Source: Candidatus Nitrospinota bacterium M3_3B_026
Lineage (GTDB): Bacteria > Nitrospinota_A > UBA7883 > JBPRGF01
Reading direction: 5' to 3'
NCBI GenBank assembly: GCA_051418015.1
Contig: JBPRGF010000033.1
Location: 394,698 to 458,697, forward strand
DNA: 64,000 nt
The notes beneath the pieces were generated by a model that had not been told where the DNA came from, ran no database searches, and worked only from the letters and a program-made list of their open reading frames with translations. This document shows, one piece after another, positions 50,197 to 60,717 of this stretch. Position numbers and translations under genes: made by a program. Numbering within the stretch: position 1 is the stretch's first letter; every line of letters begins with the position of its first letter.

Positions 50197-51093
50197 ATGA
50201 CCGTAACCGCTGAGATGGTAAAAGACCTGCGCAAAAAATCCGGCGTGGGAATAATGGAATGTAAAAGCGCCCTGAAAGAGGCCGGCGGCGACATGGACGC
50301 CGCCCTCGATATCCTGCGAAAGAAAGGCGCAGCCAAGGCCGCCAAGAAAGCTGACAGGTCCACCACGGAGGGGGCCATAGGTGGGGCCGTGAAGGGCAAT
50401 GTCGCGGCCCTGGTGGAAGTCAGGTGCGAGACGGATTTCGTGGCCCGCAACGAGAATTTTCAAAAGCTTTGCGCGGCGCTGGCCGAGCACGTCGCCGCCA
50501 CGGGCCTGGACGAGGACGACGACGCCTTCCTGGCCAGGCAGTACACCGGGGACACATCCAAAACCGTGAACGATCTTGTCACGGAGAAGATACAGGAACT
50601 GGGGGAGAACCTTACGATTGGCCGAAGGGTGAGGCTCGAGCGCTCCGGCGCCGGCGGTTTTGGAATGTACATCCACGCCGGTGGGGGCATGGCCGCCCTG
50701 GTGGAGGTGGACGCCGGCACTGAGGAGGCGGCGGCCTCTCCAGAGTTCGAGGGCGCTCTCAAAGACCTCGCCATGCAGGTGGTGGCCTCCAACCCCATCG
50801 CCGTCGGGCCGGATGACGTTCCGGAGGATGTTCTGGCCAAGGAAAAGGAGATATTTGAGGCCCAGGCTAAAGAGTCCGGCAAACCGGACAAGATAATCCC
50901 GAAGATAGTGGAAGGCCGCGTCAGGAAATTTTACACCGAGGCCTGCCTGCTGGAACAGCCTTTCGTGAAAGACACCGACAAGAGCGTCGGCCAGTGGCTC
51001 GGAGAGACCGGGAAAAAGCTGGGCGCGGAGCTGGCGGTGAGGAGGTTTTCACGGCTCCAGCTGGGAGAGGCGCCTGCGGGGATGAATGAATGA
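50197..51093 (+). CDS. tsf: elongation factor Ts
   Basis: 298 aa; UBA-like N-terminus ([38 protein letters not shown]). Confidence 0.93.
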   Translation: MTVTAEMVKDLRKKSGVGIMECKSALKEAGGDMDAALDILRKKGAAKAAKKADRSTTEGAIGGAVKGNVAALVEVRCETDFVARNENFQKLCAALAEHVAATGLDEDDDAFLARQYTGDTSKTVNDLVTEKIQELGENLTIGRRVRLERSGAGGFGMYIHAGGGMAALVEVDAGTEEAAASPEFEGALKDLAMQVVASNPIAVGPDDVPEDVLAKEKEIFEAQAKESGKPDKIIPKIVEGRVRKFYTEACLLEQPFVKDTDKSVGQWLGETGKKLGAELAVRRFSRLQLGEAPAGMNE

Positions 51094-51815
51094 GCGGTCA
51101 TGATCTGCCATATAAAAGAGTTCTTCTCAAAGTCACCGGGGAAGCGTTCGCCGAGGAAGGCTCACAGGGCATAGACGTCGAGGCTCTGCGTCACCTGGCC
51201 CTGGAGATAAAGGACGTGAACACCATGGGCGTCCAGGTGGCCGTAGTGGTGGGGGGTGGAAACATCTTCCGGGGCGCCGTGGCCAGCGAGGCCGGGATAG
51301 ACCGTGTAACGGCGGACTACATGGGTATGCTGGGGACGATCATAAACGGCCTGGCCCTGCAGGACGCCCTGGAAAAGGAGAACTGCCAGACCCGGATGCT
51401 CACCTCCATCGACATCCACCAGCTGGCCGAGCCCTATGTCCGCAGGCGGGCCGTCCGCCACCTGGAGAAAGGCAGGGTGGTGATCTTCGCCGGGGGGACG
51501 GGCAACCCCTATTTCACCACCGACACCACCGCCAGCCTGCGCGCCATGGAGATACAGGCGGACGTGATCCTGAAGGCCACCAAGGTGGACGGAGTGTACG
51601 ACGCCGACCCCATGAAGGTCAGCTCCGCCAGGAAGTACAAGGAACTCAAGTTCATCGACGTGTTGAAGAACAACCTGCGGATCATGGACGCCGCGGCCAT
51701 CTCCCTTTGCATGGAGAACCAGGTTCCCATAATAGTGTTCAACCTGAACGTGCCCGGGAACATAAGACGGGTGCTGCAGGGAGAAGAGATAGGAACAATA
51801 GTGAGAGGACTGTAA
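51090..51815 (+). CDS. pyrH: UMP kinase
   Basis: 241 aa; [12 protein letters not shown]...[10 protein letters not shown] motifs; ATGA overlap with tsf. Confidence 0.93.
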   Translation: MSGHDLPYKRVLLKVTGEAFAEEGSQGIDVEALRHLALEIKDVNTMGVQVAVVVGGGNIFRGAVASEAGIDRVTADYMGMLGTIINGLALQDALEKENCQTRMLTSIDIHQLAEPYVRRRAVRHLEKGRVVIFAGGTGNPYFTTDTTASLRAMEIQADVILKATKVDGVYDADPMKVSSARKYKELKFIDVLKNNLRIMDAAAISLCMENQVPIIVFNLNVPGNIRRVLQGEEIGTIVRGL

Positions 51816-51816
51816 G

Positions 51817-52371
51817 ATGGAGCGCGTGTTCGAGGAGGCGAAGCGCAAGATGGACGTGAGCCTTGAGCATCTGGCGAAGGAGTTTTCCGGCGTGCGAACG
51901 GGACGGGCCTCCGTCGGCCTGCTGGACGGGATCGAGGTGGACTACTACGGCGCCCAGACGCCGCTGAACCAGGCGGCCAACATCTCCACCCCGGACGCCC
52001 TGACCATCGCCATACAGCCATGGGAGCAGAAGATGATTCCGGTCATCGAAAAGGCCATCATGGCCTCCGACCTTGGCCTCACTCCCGCCAACGACGGCAA
52101 GGTCATCCGTATCAACATCCCTCCACTCACCGAGCAGCGCCGCAAAGAGCTTGTAAAGCACGTCCGCAAGATCGCTGAGGACGCCAGGATCGCCATGCGA
52201 AACGTCCGGCGAGACTGCATCGAAAAGATCAAAAAGCTCGAAAAGGACAAGGAAGTGTCCGAAGACGAGGCCCGCAAAGGCGCCGACACCGCTCAGAAGA
52301 TCATAGACGAGCACATCGAAATGGTGGACAAGATGACCGCCGATAAGGAAAAGGAGATCATGGCCCGGTAG
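51817..52371 (+). CDS. frr: ribosome recycling factor
   Basis: 184 aa; RRF family with a long helical arm. Confidence 0.93.
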   Translation: MERVFEEAKRKMDVSLEHLAKEFSGVRTGRASVGLLDGIEVDYYGAQTPLNQAANISTPDALTIAIQPWEQKMIPVIEKAIMASDLGLTPANDGKVIRINIPPLTEQRRKELVKHVRKIAEDARIAMRNVRRDCIEKIKKLEKDKEVSEDEARKGADTAQKIIDEHIEMVDKMTADKEKEIMAR

Positions 52372-52389
52372 CCCGGGCGTGACGCGCGG

Positions 52390-53154
52390 ATGATGGCCCT
52401 GAACAAACACGCGGCCGGAATAGACACCGCCCGCCTCCCCCGCCACGTGGCGATCATAATGGATGGCAATGGCAGGTGGGCGCGGAAAAAGGGCCTGCCC
52501 CGCGTGGCCGGGCACAGGGCGGGGGTCAAGACCGTGGACAGGATCGTGACTTTCTCCCGCGAGTTGGGAATAAAGGCCCTGACGCTCTACTCGTTCAGCT
52601 TTGAAAACTGGAGAAGGCCCCGGTCCGAGATCAGCGCGCTGATGGGCATCCTGAAAAAATACCTCGCCAGGGAGCTGCCAAGGATGATGAAGGAAAACAT
52701 AAGGTTTAACATCATCGGCAGGCTGGACCTCCTCCCGGACACGGCCAGGAAGGCCGTCCATGACGCCACGCTGAAAACCAGGGACAACGACGGCATGACG
52801 CTGACTCTCGCGCTCTCCTATGGCTCGCGGGACGAGATAACCCGCGCCGCGGTCAGGCTGGCCAGGGACATCCGGGAGGGCCTTGTCCGCCCGGAGGAGA
52901 TAGACGAAGAGAAGCTCTCCTCCTATCTCGACACAAGGGATCTGCCCGACCCGGACCTGCTCATCAGGACCAGCGGGGAGCTTCGGATAAGTAATTTCCT
53001 GCTCTGGCAGATAGCCTACGCCGAGCTTTACTTCACGGACAAGCTGTGGCCCGACTTCACCGCGGAGGACATGGCCGAGGCGATCCTTTCCTACCAGCGA
53101 AGGGAGAGGCGCTACGGCAGGACCACCGAGCAGGCTGCCCGGGGAGGCGGCTGA
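52390..53154 (+). CDS. uppS: di-trans,poly-cis-undecaprenyl-diphosphate synthase
   Basis: 254 aa; HVAIIMDGNGRWA and FSxENWxRP motifs. Confidence 0.92.
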   Translation: MMALNKHAAGIDTARLPRHVAIIMDGNGRWARKKGLPRVAGHRAGVKTVDRIVTFSRELGIKALTLYSFSFENWRRPRSEISALMGILKKYLARELPRMMKENIRFNIIGRLDLLPDTARKAVHDATLKTRDNDGMTLTLALSYGSRDEITRAAVRLARDIREGLVRPEEIDEEKLSSYLDTRDLPDPDLLIRTSGELRISNFLLWQIAYAELYFTDKLWPDFTAEDMAEAILSYQRRERRYGRTTEQAARGGG

Positions 53155-53160
53155 CATCCC

Positions 53161-53952
53161 GTGACAAGGATCGCGAGCGGCCTGGCCCTGGCCGCGCTGG
53201 CGCTCGCGCTGATACTCCTGGGGTCGGCGGCTCATTTTTTCGCTGTCCTGGAGGCTGTGGCGGTCGTATGCCTGCTGGAGTTTTACGGCCTGCTCCGGGC
53301 CGGAGGGCTGCCGCGCCTTGAGCTGGCCGGGACGGCGGCGGGCGCTGGGTTGCTCTTCGTCTTCTACATGGAGGACCCTTTCGCCATAACCGCCTTCGCG
53401 GGCGCGGCTTTTGTCGTTGTCTTCATCACCGCCGTCGGCGTACACAAAAAAAGCGCCCTCTCCGCGGCGGCCTTCACCATGCTCGGCGCTGTCTACATCT
53501 CCGTCACGCTGGGAGCGCTGGCCCTTATCCGCAAGGCCCCGGACGGCGCCACGCTGGTCATAACCCTGGTAACGGCCAACGCTCTCGCGGACGTATTCGC
53601 CTACTATACCGGCAGGCTTTTCGGCAAAACGCCGCTCGCGCCCTCCATAAGCCCTGGCAAGACCTGGGAGGGCTTCTTTGGCGGTATCATCGGCGCGGCC
53701 GCCTGCGCCATCGCCCTGAAGGCGTTGATCGCTCCTTTCTTGAGCCTCACCGACGCGGCCGCCCTCGGCGCCATAGCGGGAATCATCGGCCCGGCGGGCG
53801 ACCTGGCTGAGTCCGCGATCAAGCGAAGCGTGGGCGCCAAGGACTCCGGCAGGATCATACCCGGCCACGGCGGAGCGCTGGACAGGCTGGACAGCCTCAT
53901 GTTCAGCTCGGTCTTCTTCTTCATCTACATGAGGCTTTTCATTCAGCCGTGA
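53161..53952 (+). CDS. cdsA: phosphatidate cytidylyltransferase
   Basis: 263 aa (GTG start); CTP-transferase signature SxxKRxxGxKDxGxxxPGHGGxxDRxD (AESAIKRSVGAKDSGRIIPGHGGALDRLDS). Confidence 0.88.
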   Translation: MTRIASGLALAALALALILLGSAAHFFAVLEAVAVVCLLEFYGLLRAGGLPRLELAGTAAGAGLLFVFYMEDPFAITAFAGAAFVVVFITAVGVHKKSALSAAAFTMLGAVYISVTLGALALIRKAPDGATLVITLVTANALADVFAYYTGRLFGKTPLAPSISPGKTWEGFFGGIIGAAACAIALKALIAPFLSLTDAAALGAIAGIIGPAGDLAESAIKRSVGAKDSGRIIPGHGGALDRLDSLMFSSVFFFIYMRLFIQP

Positions 53953-55106
53953 AACGCATAGCCATACTCGGCTCCACGGGCTCCATAGGCCAAAGCGCCA
54001 TCGATATAATAGAGCGCTTCCCGGACCGGTTCACAGTCACGGCGCTGGCGGCCAGAGCCAACGTGGAAAAGCTCGCCGCGCAGATCGAACGGCTCGGGCC
54101 GGAGGTGGTCTCCGTCGCCGACGGGGAGAAGGCCGAAAAGCTGCGGTCCATGACCACCCGGAAGCTCAGGATCCTGACGGGGGTCGAGGGGGCCGTGGAG
54201 CTTGCGGGGATGGACAACAGCGATCTGGTGGTCTCCGCCATGGTTGGAGCCGCCGGACTCGCCCCCACGATGGCCGCCGTCAAGGCCGGCAAGACGGTGG
54301 CGCTTGCGAACAAGGAGGCCCTGGTGGCCGCCGGGGCGCTGGTCATGAAAGAGGCCAGGAAAAACCGCGCCAGGATCATCCCCGTGGACAGCGAGCATTC
54401 CGCCGTCTTCCAGGCCCTGCGCGGAGAGCGGCGGAAAAACATAAGACGAATCATCCTCACCGCCTCGTGCGGGCCTTTCCGCGATCTCCCGATCGACAAG
54501 ATGAAAGACGTGACGGTCCAGCAGGCCCTCAACCATCCCACCTGGGACATGGGCCCCAAGATAACCATAGACTCGGCCACCATGATGAACAAGGGACTCG
54601 AGGTCATAGAGGCCCGGTGGCTCTTCAATGTCCCGGAGGACAGGATCGAGGTGCTGGCGCATCCCCAGAGCATCGTCCATTCCATGGTGGAGTTTTCGGA
54701 CTCCTCGGTGATAGCGCAGATGGGGCTGCCGGACATGCGCGCGCCGATCGCCTTCGCCCTCTCCTTCCCGGAGAGGCTGGACGCGCCGCTGCCCTCGCTG
54801 GACCTGAGCGAAATCGGCAAGCTCACATTCGAGCGGCCGGACACGGCGAAGTTCCCCTCGCTTGCGCTCGCTTACGAGGCGCTGCGGATGGGAGGCTGCG
54901 CGCCGGCCGTCCTGAACGCGGCGAACGAGGTGGCCGTGGAGGCTTTCCTCGCCGGGCGGATACGGTTCACCGCCATTCCCCTCGTGGTGGAGAAGGCTCT
55001 GCGGGACTGTGAACAGGCACCTATCGCTTCTCTTGCGGACGCGCTTCACGCGGATCAGCGGGCGAGGGCGAAAATGAGGGAATTAATAAAGAGGACGCTC
55101 TCCTAA
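53949..55106 (+). CDS. dxr: 1-deoxy-D-xylulose 5-phosphate reductoisomerase
   Basis: 385 aa (GTG start overlapping the cdsA stop); MKRIAILGSTGSIGQS N-terminus. Confidence 0.93.
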   Translation: MKRIAILGSTGSIGQSAIDIIERFPDRFTVTALAARANVEKLAAQIERLGPEVVSVADGEKAEKLRSMTTRKLRILTGVEGAVELAGMDNSDLVVSAMVGAAGLAPTMAAVKAGKTVALANKEALVAAGALVMKEARKNRARIIPVDSEHSAVFQALRGERRKNIRRIILTASCGPFRDLPIDKMKDVTVQQALNHPTWDMGPKITIDSATMMNKGLEVIEARWLFNVPEDRIEVLAHPQSIVHSMVEFSDSSVIAQMGLPDMRAPIAFALSFPERLDAPLPSLDLSEIGKLTFERPDTAKFPSLALAYEALRMGGCAPAVLNAANEVAVEAFLAGRIRFTAIPLVVEKALRDCEQAPIASLADALHADQRARAKMRELIKRTLS

Positions 55107-55108
55107 GT

Positions 55109-55120
55109 CCGGCGGGCCGG
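55109..55120. terminator. short CCGGC-GG-GCCGG hairpin between the convergent dxr and cheW-CZB stops
   Basis: 5-bp GC stem seen directly; no U-tract; weak. Confidence 0.2.
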
Positions 55121-55122
55121 GC

Positions 55123-55977
55123 TTACTCCACGATCAGCGTCTCCATCTTCTCAGGCTCCACCAGGCCCGCGGGGTCCAGCAGAAGTATCGTTTTGTCCTG
55201 CCCCTTCGGCCTGGCCACGCCCAGCACTTTCTCGGACTTCTCCGCCGACGACACCATGGGGGGCGGGCCTATCTCTTCCGGCCGCAGGGTTATGACCGAC
55301 TCCACCCTGTCCACAAGGAGCCCCACGGAGATGTTTTCTATATCCACGATCAGAACGACGTCCCTGAAGGCGCGCCCTATCTCCGAGACAACGGAGTCGA
55401 AAAGCTCTATCATCCTCTTGAGCTCCCTGTTCTCCGCCCGCGTTATTATCCTGTGGGCTTCGTCGATCCTGCCCTGCTTTTCAAGGCCCTTCACCTCCGC
55501 CGCCACGCCGTGTATCGCCCTGTGTGGGGCATCGAACTTTTTCAGCAGACCGGACAGAACGAGGTCGTCCGTCCTGAACTGGCCGTACCAGATGCCGAAC
55601 TCGCACTTTTCGGGGTCCATCTGCTTTCTAAACTCCCGGCTTTCATTCACGGAAGCCTTCAGCTCGTCAAGCCAGTCCACGTGATCGCGCTTGCGGGCCT
55701 TGAGCATCTCGGCCAGCTCGGCCCGCTCCTCCCGGGCGGATTTCATTCCCAGGCGGACCCGCAGGTCTATCACGGGGATGGTAAGCTCGCGCAGGTTGAT
55801 GAGACCGAGCACGTGGGGAGGGGAGTCTGGGAGTTCGGTCATCTTCGGGGTGATGACAAGCTCCCGGATGTTGTCTATGGAGACAGCGAACCATCGCCCC
55901 GCCAGCTCGAAGAGAACCCACTGGGACTCGTCCTGATCCTCCAGTTCCTCTTCTTCGTCAAAATCGTCGAAGGTCAT
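55123..55977 (-). CDS. CheW-like coupling protein with an embedded CZB (chemoreceptor zinc-binding) domain
   Basis: 284 aa. CheW N-half (WVLFELAGRWFAVSIDNIRELV...LINLRELTIPVIDLR) and C-half (VLIVDIENISVGLLVDRVESVITLRPEEIGPPP...ILLLDPAGLV) are split by a roughly 120-aa insert. The insert carries the CZB signature H-x2-W...(27 aa)...C-x-F-G-x-W...(22 aa)...H-x3-H (DHVDWLDEL...CEFGIWYGQF...APHRAIHGV). Confidence 0.8.
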   Translation of the reverse strand: MTFDDFDEEEELEDQDESQWVLFELAGRWFAVSIDNIRELVITPKMTELPDSPPHVLGLINLRELTIPVIDLRVRLGMKSAREERAELAEMLKARKRDHVDWLDELKASVNESREFRKQMDPEKCEFGIWYGQFRTDDLVLSGLLKKFDAPHRAIHGVAAEVKGLEKQGRIDEAHRIITRAENRELKRMIELFDSVVSEIGRAFRDVVLIVDIENISVGLLVDRVESVITLRPEEIGPPPMVSSAEKSEKVLGVARPKGQDKTILLLDPAGLVEPEKMETLIVE

Positions 55978-56156
55978 ATTGTTCGCCTTTGGGATCGGAC
56001 ATCAAGCCTTAGACACATTATAACCAAAAGCGCGCGCGATGAAAGCCTCTTTCGGGGCCGCGCCATGGCTGTCCGCGCCAGGGGCTTTTTCGCTTTAAAT
56101 TCCCATGCGGTTGACATAACCTGTTCTTTTTTTCTGAAACTGTCTTATTCAGCAGG

Positions 56157-57272
56157 ATGAGGATCCTCCACGTTCTTTTCACGAAAGGCTGGGGCGGGCT
56201 GGAGCGTTTCGCCCTGGAGCAGGCCCGCGCCATGGCCTCCCGCGGGCATGACATCATCTTCCTTGCGAGAAGGGGGGCCAGCGTCGCCGAGGCGTTGCGG
56301 TCCGAAAAGAACATCAGGACCACGGAGCTTTCGCCCATCAAGTATATCGACATCCGCGCCATGCTCTCCATCCGGCGGCTGGCGGTCAGGGAGGGTGTGG
56401 ACATCGTACACGCCCATAACTCAGCGGACCTCGGGCTCGTGGCGCCGGCGCTGTGGAGGGCGCCGGGCGTCAAGCTGGTTTTCTCCAACTATATGCGCGT
56501 TCCGGCGCCTAAGCGCGACATCTACCATCGGCTGGAGTACGCAAGGGCGGACAAGATACTCACCGGCTCTGACTACATGCGTGAAAACTCTATCGAGAAC
56601 CTGCCCGTCCCGCCGGAGAAGGTCGAGACGCTGCCTTACGGGCTCGACATGGACAGGTTCGACCCTGGCAGGGTTCCAAAGGGGGCCGTGCGCTCGCTGT
56701 ACAAGATACCGAAAAACGCGCCCCTGATCGGCGTCATAAGCAGGCTGGATCCGCTTAAGGGACAGATGGAGATGATCGAGGCGATGCCGATGATTCTGCG
56801 CCGCGCGCCGGACGCCGTCCTCGCCCTCACCGGAGCGGAGACACCGGAGCTGGCCGGAAAATACAAACCGAAGTTGGAGGCGAAGGCCAGGCAGCTCGGC
56901 GTCCAGGACAAAGTCATCTTCACCGGGCCGACGGATGACACGGCCTCCATCCTGGCGGATCTGGACGTCTACGTCCTTCCGTCTCACGCGGAGACTTTTT
57001 CGCTTGGCTGCCTGGAGGCGATGGCCATGGGAAAACCGGTCGTGGGCGCGCGCGCCGGGGGTACGCCGTCGATGCTGGAGGATGGCGCCCTCGGCCTGCT
57101 GGCGGAGCCGGAAAATCCCGCCTCGCTGGCGGAAAACGTGGCCCGGCTGCTGGAGGACGAGACCCTGAGGGAGAGGATATCCATGGCGGCCAGAGAAAAG
57201 GTGAGAAAAGACTACGACCGCCGCGCCGTTTTCAACAGGCTGGAGGAGGTCTACGGAGAGCTTTCCCGCTGA
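56157..57272 (+). CDS. glycosyltransferase family 4 (GT-B fold)
   Basis: 371 aa; GT4 N-domain (MRILHVLFTKGWGGLERF) and E-x7-E C-terminal motif (LEAMAMGKPVVGARAGGTPSMLED). Confidence 0.85.
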   Translation: MRILHVLFTKGWGGLERFALEQARAMASRGHDIIFLARRGASVAEALRSEKNIRTTELSPIKYIDIRAMLSIRRLAVREGVDIVHAHNSADLGLVAPALWRAPGVKLVFSNYMRVPAPKRDIYHRLEYARADKILTGSDYMRENSIENLPVPPEKVETLPYGLDMDRFDPGRVPKGAVRSLYKIPKNAPLIGVISRLDPLKGQMEMIEAMPMILRRAPDAVLALTGAETPELAGKYKPKLEAKARQLGVQDKVIFTGPTDDTASILADLDVYVLPSHAETFSLGCLEAMAMGKPVVGARAGGTPSMLEDGALGLLAEPENPASLAENVARLLEDETLRERISMAAREKVRKDYDRRAVFNRLEEVYGELSR

Positions 57273-57961
57273 AGCAGGACGGGAACGCTCCCCATCACCG
57301 ACACCCTCCGCCGTCCCACACGCAGCCTCACGGCGGCCACTTCGACGCCGGATTCCGCAGCCGCGCGCAAAGCGCCGCCAAAGGCGGGGTCTGTCCTCCA
57401 GTTCGGCCTGAAACAGGCGGCGTCCGAGCGCTGGATAACGAAGAGGACGGCGCTCTTGAAGCCCTCCCCTTTCAACCGGGCAAGCTCCAGGACATGCCTT
57501 CTCCCCCGCTCCGTCGGGGCGTCCGGGAAGCGGGCCACTTTGCCCTCCACCAAGGTGACCGATTTTATCTCCACGATCACCGGAGGCGCGCCCTCCCCTT
57601 CCAGCAACAGGTCGAACCTGTGGGCCCCGATGGAATACTCCCGGCGCGCTTTCGTGTAACCGGGGAAAAGCGGGAAACCGCCCCCCTCCACAAGCTCCGC
57701 CACCAGGCGGTTCGGCGCCGTCGAGTCCACGAGAACCCACCTGCCGTTACGCCAGGCCGCGCGCAGGGTGTAGGCGGTTTTTCTATTCGGAGAAGAAGCC
57801 CCCTCCACCAGGACGCGCCGGCCAGGCGTCATCAGCTCCGTCAACCTGCCGGAGCTTGGGACGCTGGCCTCTTCCACCCTGCCGCTGATCTTTACAAGAC
57901 ACAGGAACCTGTTCACCTTGCGGACAAGAAAGGCGTCTAGGGGCTTTTCGGTGTGTATCAA
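57251..57961 (-). CDS. sfsA: sugar fermentation stimulation protein homolog
   Basis: 236 aa; SfsA family N-terminal OB-like region (RFLCLVKISGRVEEASVPSSGRL) and C-terminal nuclease-like domain. Confidence 0.82.
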   Translation of the reverse strand: MIHTEKPLDAFLVRKVNRFLCLVKISGRVEEASVPSSGRLTELMTPGRRVLVEGASSPNRKTAYTLRAAWRNGRWVLVDSTAPNRLVAELVEGGGFPLFPGYTKARREYSIGAHRFDLLLEGEGAPPVIVEIKSVTLVEGKVARFPDAPTERGRRHVLELARLKGEGFKSAVLFVIQRSDAACFRPNWRTDPAFGGALRAAAESGVEVAAVRLRVGRRRVSVMGSVPVLLQRESSP

Positions 57962-59161
57962 CTACGTCCTGTATTCGGCGTTTATCCTGACGTAATCATA
58001 GGACAGGTCGCAGGTCCAGACCTCCGCCCTTGCCCGCCCGGCGCCAAGGCGCAACGACACGACGATATCCCGCGACTTGAGTTTGCGGCCGACTCGCGCC
58101 TCCCAGGGGTTTTCGGCCAGACGCCCCTTCTCGAAAATGACGACGCCCCCGATGGCCAGCGTCACCTTCGACACGTCCATGGGAACGCCCGCCGCGCCAG
58201 CCGCGGCCAATATCCGGCCCCAGTTCGCGTCCTCGCCGAACATGGCCGTTTTCACAAGGCTTGACCGGGCTATGGACATGGCCACGGCCCGCGCCGCTTT
58301 TTCCGAGGACGCGCCGTCCACCCTGACCGTGATAAACTTCGTCGCCCCCTCGCCGTCGCGGACGATTTTTTTGGCGAGGTCGACGCAGACGGCGGTGACG
58401 GCCTCGAGCAGCGCGGCGTATCTTTTTCCGGCGGGCTTTTCGATCATCGGCGCGCTGGAGGCTCCGTTGGCCATGATGATGAGCATGTCGCTCGTGCTCA
58501 TGTCCCCGTCTATCGTTATCCTGTTGAAAGAGGCGTCCGCCGCTTCTCGCGTCATCTCCCTGAGCGCGCGGCTGGAGACGGCGGCGTCCGTGGTGACGAA
58601 CGCCAGCATGGTCGCCATGGCCGGGTGAACCATCCCGGAGCCTTTGGCCATCCCTCCCACGCAAACCCGTCTCGAGCCGATCATAAGCCGCGCTGAGCTC
58701 TCCTTGGAGACAAGGTCCGTGGTCAGGATCGCCTCCGCCGCTTCGGCCCCGCCTGCGGGGGAAAGAAGGGGCGCGAGTTTTTCGACCCCCTTCTCAATCT
58801 TCTTTATCGGCAGGGGCTGGCCGATGACCCCTGTCGACGCCACGAGGGTCTCGGACGGCTTGAGCCCCGCCGCCCGCGCCGCCGAGGCCATCCGCCTGGC
58901 GTCCTCCATCCCCGCAGGGGTCAGGACGTTCGAGTTGCCGGAGTTTATCACCACCCCCCGCGCCGTTCCGGAACGAAGCCTCGCCCGGCTCCACAGGACA
59001 GGCGCGCCCTTGACGCGGTTGGCCGTGAAAACGCCCGCCGCCGTGGCGGGCCGCTCGGAGACTATAATGGCGAGGTCTTTGGCCCCGGTCTTTTTTATCC
59101 CGCAGCTTATACCACCCGCGATGAATCCCCGGGGGGTCGTGACGCCGCTTCGCCGCGCCAT
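57962..59161 (-). CDS. argJ: bifunctional glutamate N-acetyltransferase / amino-acid acetyltransferase
   Basis: 399 aa; autoproteolytic ATML motif (HPAMATMLAFVTTDAA). Confidence 0.92.
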   Translation of the reverse strand: MARRSGVTTPRGFIAGGISCGIKKTGAKDLAIIVSERPATAAGVFTANRVKGAPVLWSRARLRSGTARGVVINSGNSNVLTPAGMEDARRMASAARAAGLKPSETLVASTGVIGQPLPIKKIEKGVEKLAPLLSPAGGAEAAEAILTTDLVSKESSARLMIGSRRVCVGGMAKGSGMVHPAMATMLAFVTTDAAVSSRALREMTREAADASFNRITIDGDMSTSDMLIIMANGASSAPMIEKPAGKRYAALLEAVTAVCVDLAKKIVRDGEGATKFITVRVDGASSEKAARAVAMSIARSSLVKTAMFGEDANWGRILAAAGAAGVPMDVSKVTLAIGGVVIFEKGRLAENPWEARVGRKLKSRDIVVSLRLGAGRARAEVWTCDLSYDYVRINAEYRT

Positions 59162-59164
59162 CGC

Positions 59165-60181
59165 CTAAAAAAGCCCCTCCGCCTCGTCGAGGCCATGGCG
59201 GATGTTGAAAAGCTGGACGGCCTGGCTGGAGGCGCCCTTCAACAAGTTGTCTATGACCGACGTCACGATGACCCTGCCCGTCCGGCCGTCCGCCTCCACG
59301 CCCATAAAAACCCCCGGCCCGCCGACGGCCCATTTCATCCTTGGGAACTTTTCCGTTACGGTTACGAGCCTTTCATCTTTGTAGAAATCGGCGTACAACC
59401 CCAGAAGCTCATCCCGCGTCCGTGGCGCGGCAAGGCTCGCGGTGATGGTGGTGTGTATCCCCCTGGCCGCCGGGAGCAGGTGGGGGATAAAAGTCACGGT
59501 TACGGGATCCCCGGCCAGGGCGGAAAGTTCCTGCTCTATCTCCGGCGTGTGCCGGTGCCGCGGCGCGCCGTAGGCGAAAAAGTTCCCCTCCATCTCGGCC
59601 AGCATGTAGTCCGGCTCAGCCTTCCGCCCCGCGCCGGTGACGCCGGAGACGGAGTTTATGACTATCGTGGAGAGGTCTATCACCCCCCCCCTGACCAGGG
59701 GCGCAAGTCCCAGTATCGCCGAGGTCGGGTAGCAGCCGGGAACAGCTGAAAGATCGGCCGTGGCGGCCTTGTCGCGGTACAGTTCCGGCAGGCCATAGAC
59801 GGCCTTGTCAAGGAGCCGTGGCGCGGTGTGCCGGACACCGTACCATTCTTCATATACGGCGGCGTCCTTCAGCCTGAAATCGGCGGAAAGATCGAAGACT
59901 TTGAGGCCCGCGTCAAGCAGCCCGGGGACGACCTTCATCGACTCCCTGTGCGGCAGGCAGAGGAAGACCACCTCCGCCCTTCCCGCGAGGGCGGACACAT
60001 CGCCGCTTTCGAATTTCATATCGGAGCGGCCGGCGAACCTTGGAAAAACCTCCGCCAGCGCCTTCCCCGCGAAGGTCTCCGAAACGGCGAAGGCGAGCTT
60101 TGCTCCGGGGTGCGACAGGAGGATGCTAACAAGCTCCTGGCCCGTGTAGCCCGCCGCGCCGATCACGCCTGCGTTGATCAT
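59165..60181 (-). CDS. argC: N-acetyl-gamma-glutamyl-phosphate reductase
   Basis: 338 aa; NAD(P)-binding GAAGYTGQELV and active-site Cys region (VPGCYPTS). Confidence 0.92.
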   Translation of the reverse strand: MINAGVIGAAGYTGQELVSILLSHPGAKLAFAVSETFAGKALAEVFPRFAGRSDMKFESGDVSALAGRAEVVFLCLPHRESMKVVPGLLDAGLKVFDLSADFRLKDAAVYEEWYGVRHTAPRLLDKAVYGLPELYRDKAATADLSAVPGCYPTSAILGLAPLVRGGVIDLSTIVINSVSGVTGAGRKAEPDYMLAEMEGNFFAYGAPRHRHTPEIEQELSALAGDPVTVTFIPHLLPAARGIHTTITASLAAPRTRDELLGLYADFYKDERLVTVTEKFPRMKWAVGGPGVFMGVEADGRTGRVIVTSVIDNLLKGASSQAVQLFNIRHGLDEAEGLF

Positions 60182-60312
60182 GCCATTCTCCCGCGTATGC
60201 CGATGTTTTCAGCCGGCCCCGCGCTGGAATACCCGAAAACGAAGCACGGCCCTGGAAAGGATGATAACAGGGCGAGGCGCCCCGCCGCGATGAAAAACAG
60301 AGGGAGCGGTTT

Positions 60313-60714
60313 TTAACGTTTCGAGAACTGGTACCGCTTGCGGGCTCCGGGCTGGCCGGGCTTTTTACGCTCTTTTTCCCTCGAGTCCCTGGTAAGCATC
60401 CCCGCCTTCTTGAGGACGGGCCTCAGCGAGGAGTCATATTTCTCCAGAGCCCTGGCGATCCCGTGTTTGACGGCGCCCGCCTGGCTGTTCAACCCGCCGC
60501 CCCGGACGGTGCAGTATACATCCAGCCTGTCACCGAGGTTCGTAAGGTCAAGAGGCTGGCGGAGGATCATCACGGAGGTCTCCCGTTTGAAGTAGTCCGC
60601 CGCGGGGGTCTTGTTGACCTTTACGTCTCCTCCGCCCGGCATGATCCAGACCCGGGCCGTAGAGGTCTTGCGGCGGCCCGTGGCGTATATCTTGTCTTCA
60701 ACCTGATTGGCCAT
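60313..60714 (-). CDS. rpsI: 30S ribosomal protein S9
   Basis: 133 aa; [10 protein letters not shown] and a C-terminal basic tail ending KR. Confidence 0.93.
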   Translation of the reverse strand: MANQVEDKIYATGRRKTSTARVWIMPGGGDVKVNKTPAADYFKRETSVMILRQPLDLTNLGDRLDVYCTVRGGGLNSQAGAVKHGIARALEKYDSSLRPVLKKAGMLTRDSREKERKKPGQPGARKRYQFSKR

Positions 60715-60717
60715 CCT

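Noticed and set aside
51739-53868. 709-aa minus-strand ORF antisense to frr-uppS-cdsA
   Set aside because: Opposite a conserved, syntenic housekeeping block; no motifs.
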